Part shown: positions 63,001 to 64,000 of the stretch, piece after piece
How the letters are laid out: each line of letters begins with the position of its first letter
Numbering within the stretch: position 1 is the stretch's first letter
Source of the DNA: Antedon mediterranea
Lineage: Eukaryota > Animalia > Echinodermata
Length of the DNA stretch: 64,000 bases
Reading direction: 5' to 3'
Assembly: GCF_964355755.1 (NCBI RefSeq)
Contig: NC_092676.1
Location: 24,446,871-24,510,870 of the forward strand
Translations under genes and position numbers: made by a program
Notes under the pieces: model-generated
Told to the model about the DNA's origin: nothing
What the model saw: only the letters and a program-made list of their open reading frames with translations
Database searches by the model: none

Positions 63001-63997
63001 CTGTCTGTTATGCGCGATTTGAACGAGTCAATTTAAAATTGCGAAAGAATTCCCTAACACAATTAGAAATTCGGCATGAAGCTCTGTCTACACTACTATC
63101 ATACTAGTTTGACAAAAAAGTGTGATATGCCCAAATACGGTAGTGATATGCCCAAATATGGTAGTGATATGACACCATCCATTATAATATGGGCACATCA
63201 CATTTTTTGTCATATAAAGTTTGATAGACAAAGCTTAACATATCTATCAAACGGAGCAACAGGTTGTTTAATAGAGATGTCATGGTTCAGGCGTTGATTC
63301 CTGACCTTTGTAGGTCATTAATTCACATTAATACCTCATCATTACCAGTATTGTATCCATAGCAACCGGTGGTAGTTATCGACCGTGAACAACCGTACTT
63401 TGGGTACCGTCTTTCACAAGACATAAAAAAACATGACGGTCAAAATGTCAGCACTATCTTATATGAAAATGAGTAGGCCTACCATATTGTTATTACAAGA
63501 TAACAAATGCATTTAAACATATATTTGTTATCTATTGTTAAAACTGTACAATACATAAAATGTCGACGTACAGCGCTTTTGATAATGGTTTCATTCTAAG
63601 AACGCTATATCAAATGAGTAATGTAATGTCTTAATAGGCCTAAATATGACGTAAATAAACTCACTTTCAACTGCTGCTGCCTCCCAAGTCGAGCGTAAAC
63701 AGGTTTCATCATTTTCGTAAGCATAATAACATTGTTTTTGTTTGTTTTCCATTCTTCATCATCCTCAACATCAATGTACAATATATCCCTAGCCGTGTCT
63801 TTAACGTGCTCCTCTTTTGTTCGTATATCAATATTGATGTACGGTCGTTGAGAGTAACTCCACGGTTGCTTTAATTTCTCCACAGAGCCAAGGAACTGGA
63901 GCTGTATAATTCCAAATATAGACAAGATGAACACACTTATAAGACGAATCAGTTTGGGTAACTTCAAAGAAGTGGAACCCAGATGTAACAGAGACAT
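48004..63997 (-). CDS. METTL24: Methyltransferase-like protein 24, 5 coding exons, ~376 aa
   Basis: Exons 63665-63997, 54044-54151, 52535-52665, 51723-51966 and 48004-48318 join in phase (1131 nt). It has an N-terminal signal anchor and motifs QRWA...EAQRFVEYIS, CIVYSFG, EVHVFDPS and ADLQSSEWKVLEN...HLHWSGFEV...YWYS...SCCFTLGWV, all characteristic of METTL24. Confidence 0.92.
53440..53625. repeat. Degenerate (GAT/GGT)n microsatellite
   Basis: Runs of GATGATGATGGTGGCATGATG in a METTL24 intron. Confidence 0.8.
55191..55223. mobile_element. Putative P-superfamily excision footprint
   Basis: Hairpin CATAGAGATATT...AATATCTCTATG flanked by TTCTAAC/TTCTAGC. Confidence 0.55.
59650..59945. repeat. 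Degenerate tandem repeat (~57-62-bp unit, ~5 copies)
   Basis: Recurrent TTTGCAAAATGCA, ATACCGAAC and AACGTGGTATTGAAAT blocks. Confidence 0.7.
61402..61430. mobile_element. Putative P-superfamily excision footprint
   Basis: Hairpin CATGGAGGTAT...ATACCTCCATG flanked by ATTCAAG/ATCCAAG. Confidence 0.55.
61714..62164. repeat. Minisatellite, 34/36-bp unit, ~13 copies
   Basis: Unit AATGTA(TA)TTATTACATGGGGTGTCCCCGTAGAGGTTGC, which contains two short internal hairpins. Confidence 0.95.
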
Positions 63998-64000
63998 AGC

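Overview
AT-rich, intron-containing animal genomic DNA. It looks like an invertebrate deuterostome, possibly an echinoderm; that assignment is an impression from gene content, not proven. I reconstructed eight protein-coding genes by hand from GT-AG splice sites and phase continuity: SKA3 (+), PDSS2 (-) head-to-head with MLYCD (+), frizzled-9/10 (-), HIGD1 (-, missing from the ORF track), two tandem cGAS-like receptors (cGLR/Mab-21 nucleotidyltransferases, -) and METTL24 (-). The most striking region is the cGLR pair. In both genes the apparent stop codon lies inside an AG|GTAAAG splice donor. Copy A splices in frame through three small exons onto a ubiquitin-like domain plus a hydrophobic membrane-repeat tail, giving a predicted 555-aa cGLR-UBL-TM protein that recalls OASL. 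Copy B has a decayed UBL-TM tail, and its nearest strong acceptor would end the protein in -SKL, a PTS1 peroxisomal signal. Second, an 856-bp PIF/Harbinger derivative is inserted exactly in the KTxxxW Dishevelled-binding motif of frizzled-9/10. Third, several 24-47-bp CANRG...CYNTG hairpins with 7-bp target duplications look like P-superfamily excision footprints. The window also has many MITEs, tRNA-derived SINEs and minisatellites. All splice models are predictions and need RNA evidence.
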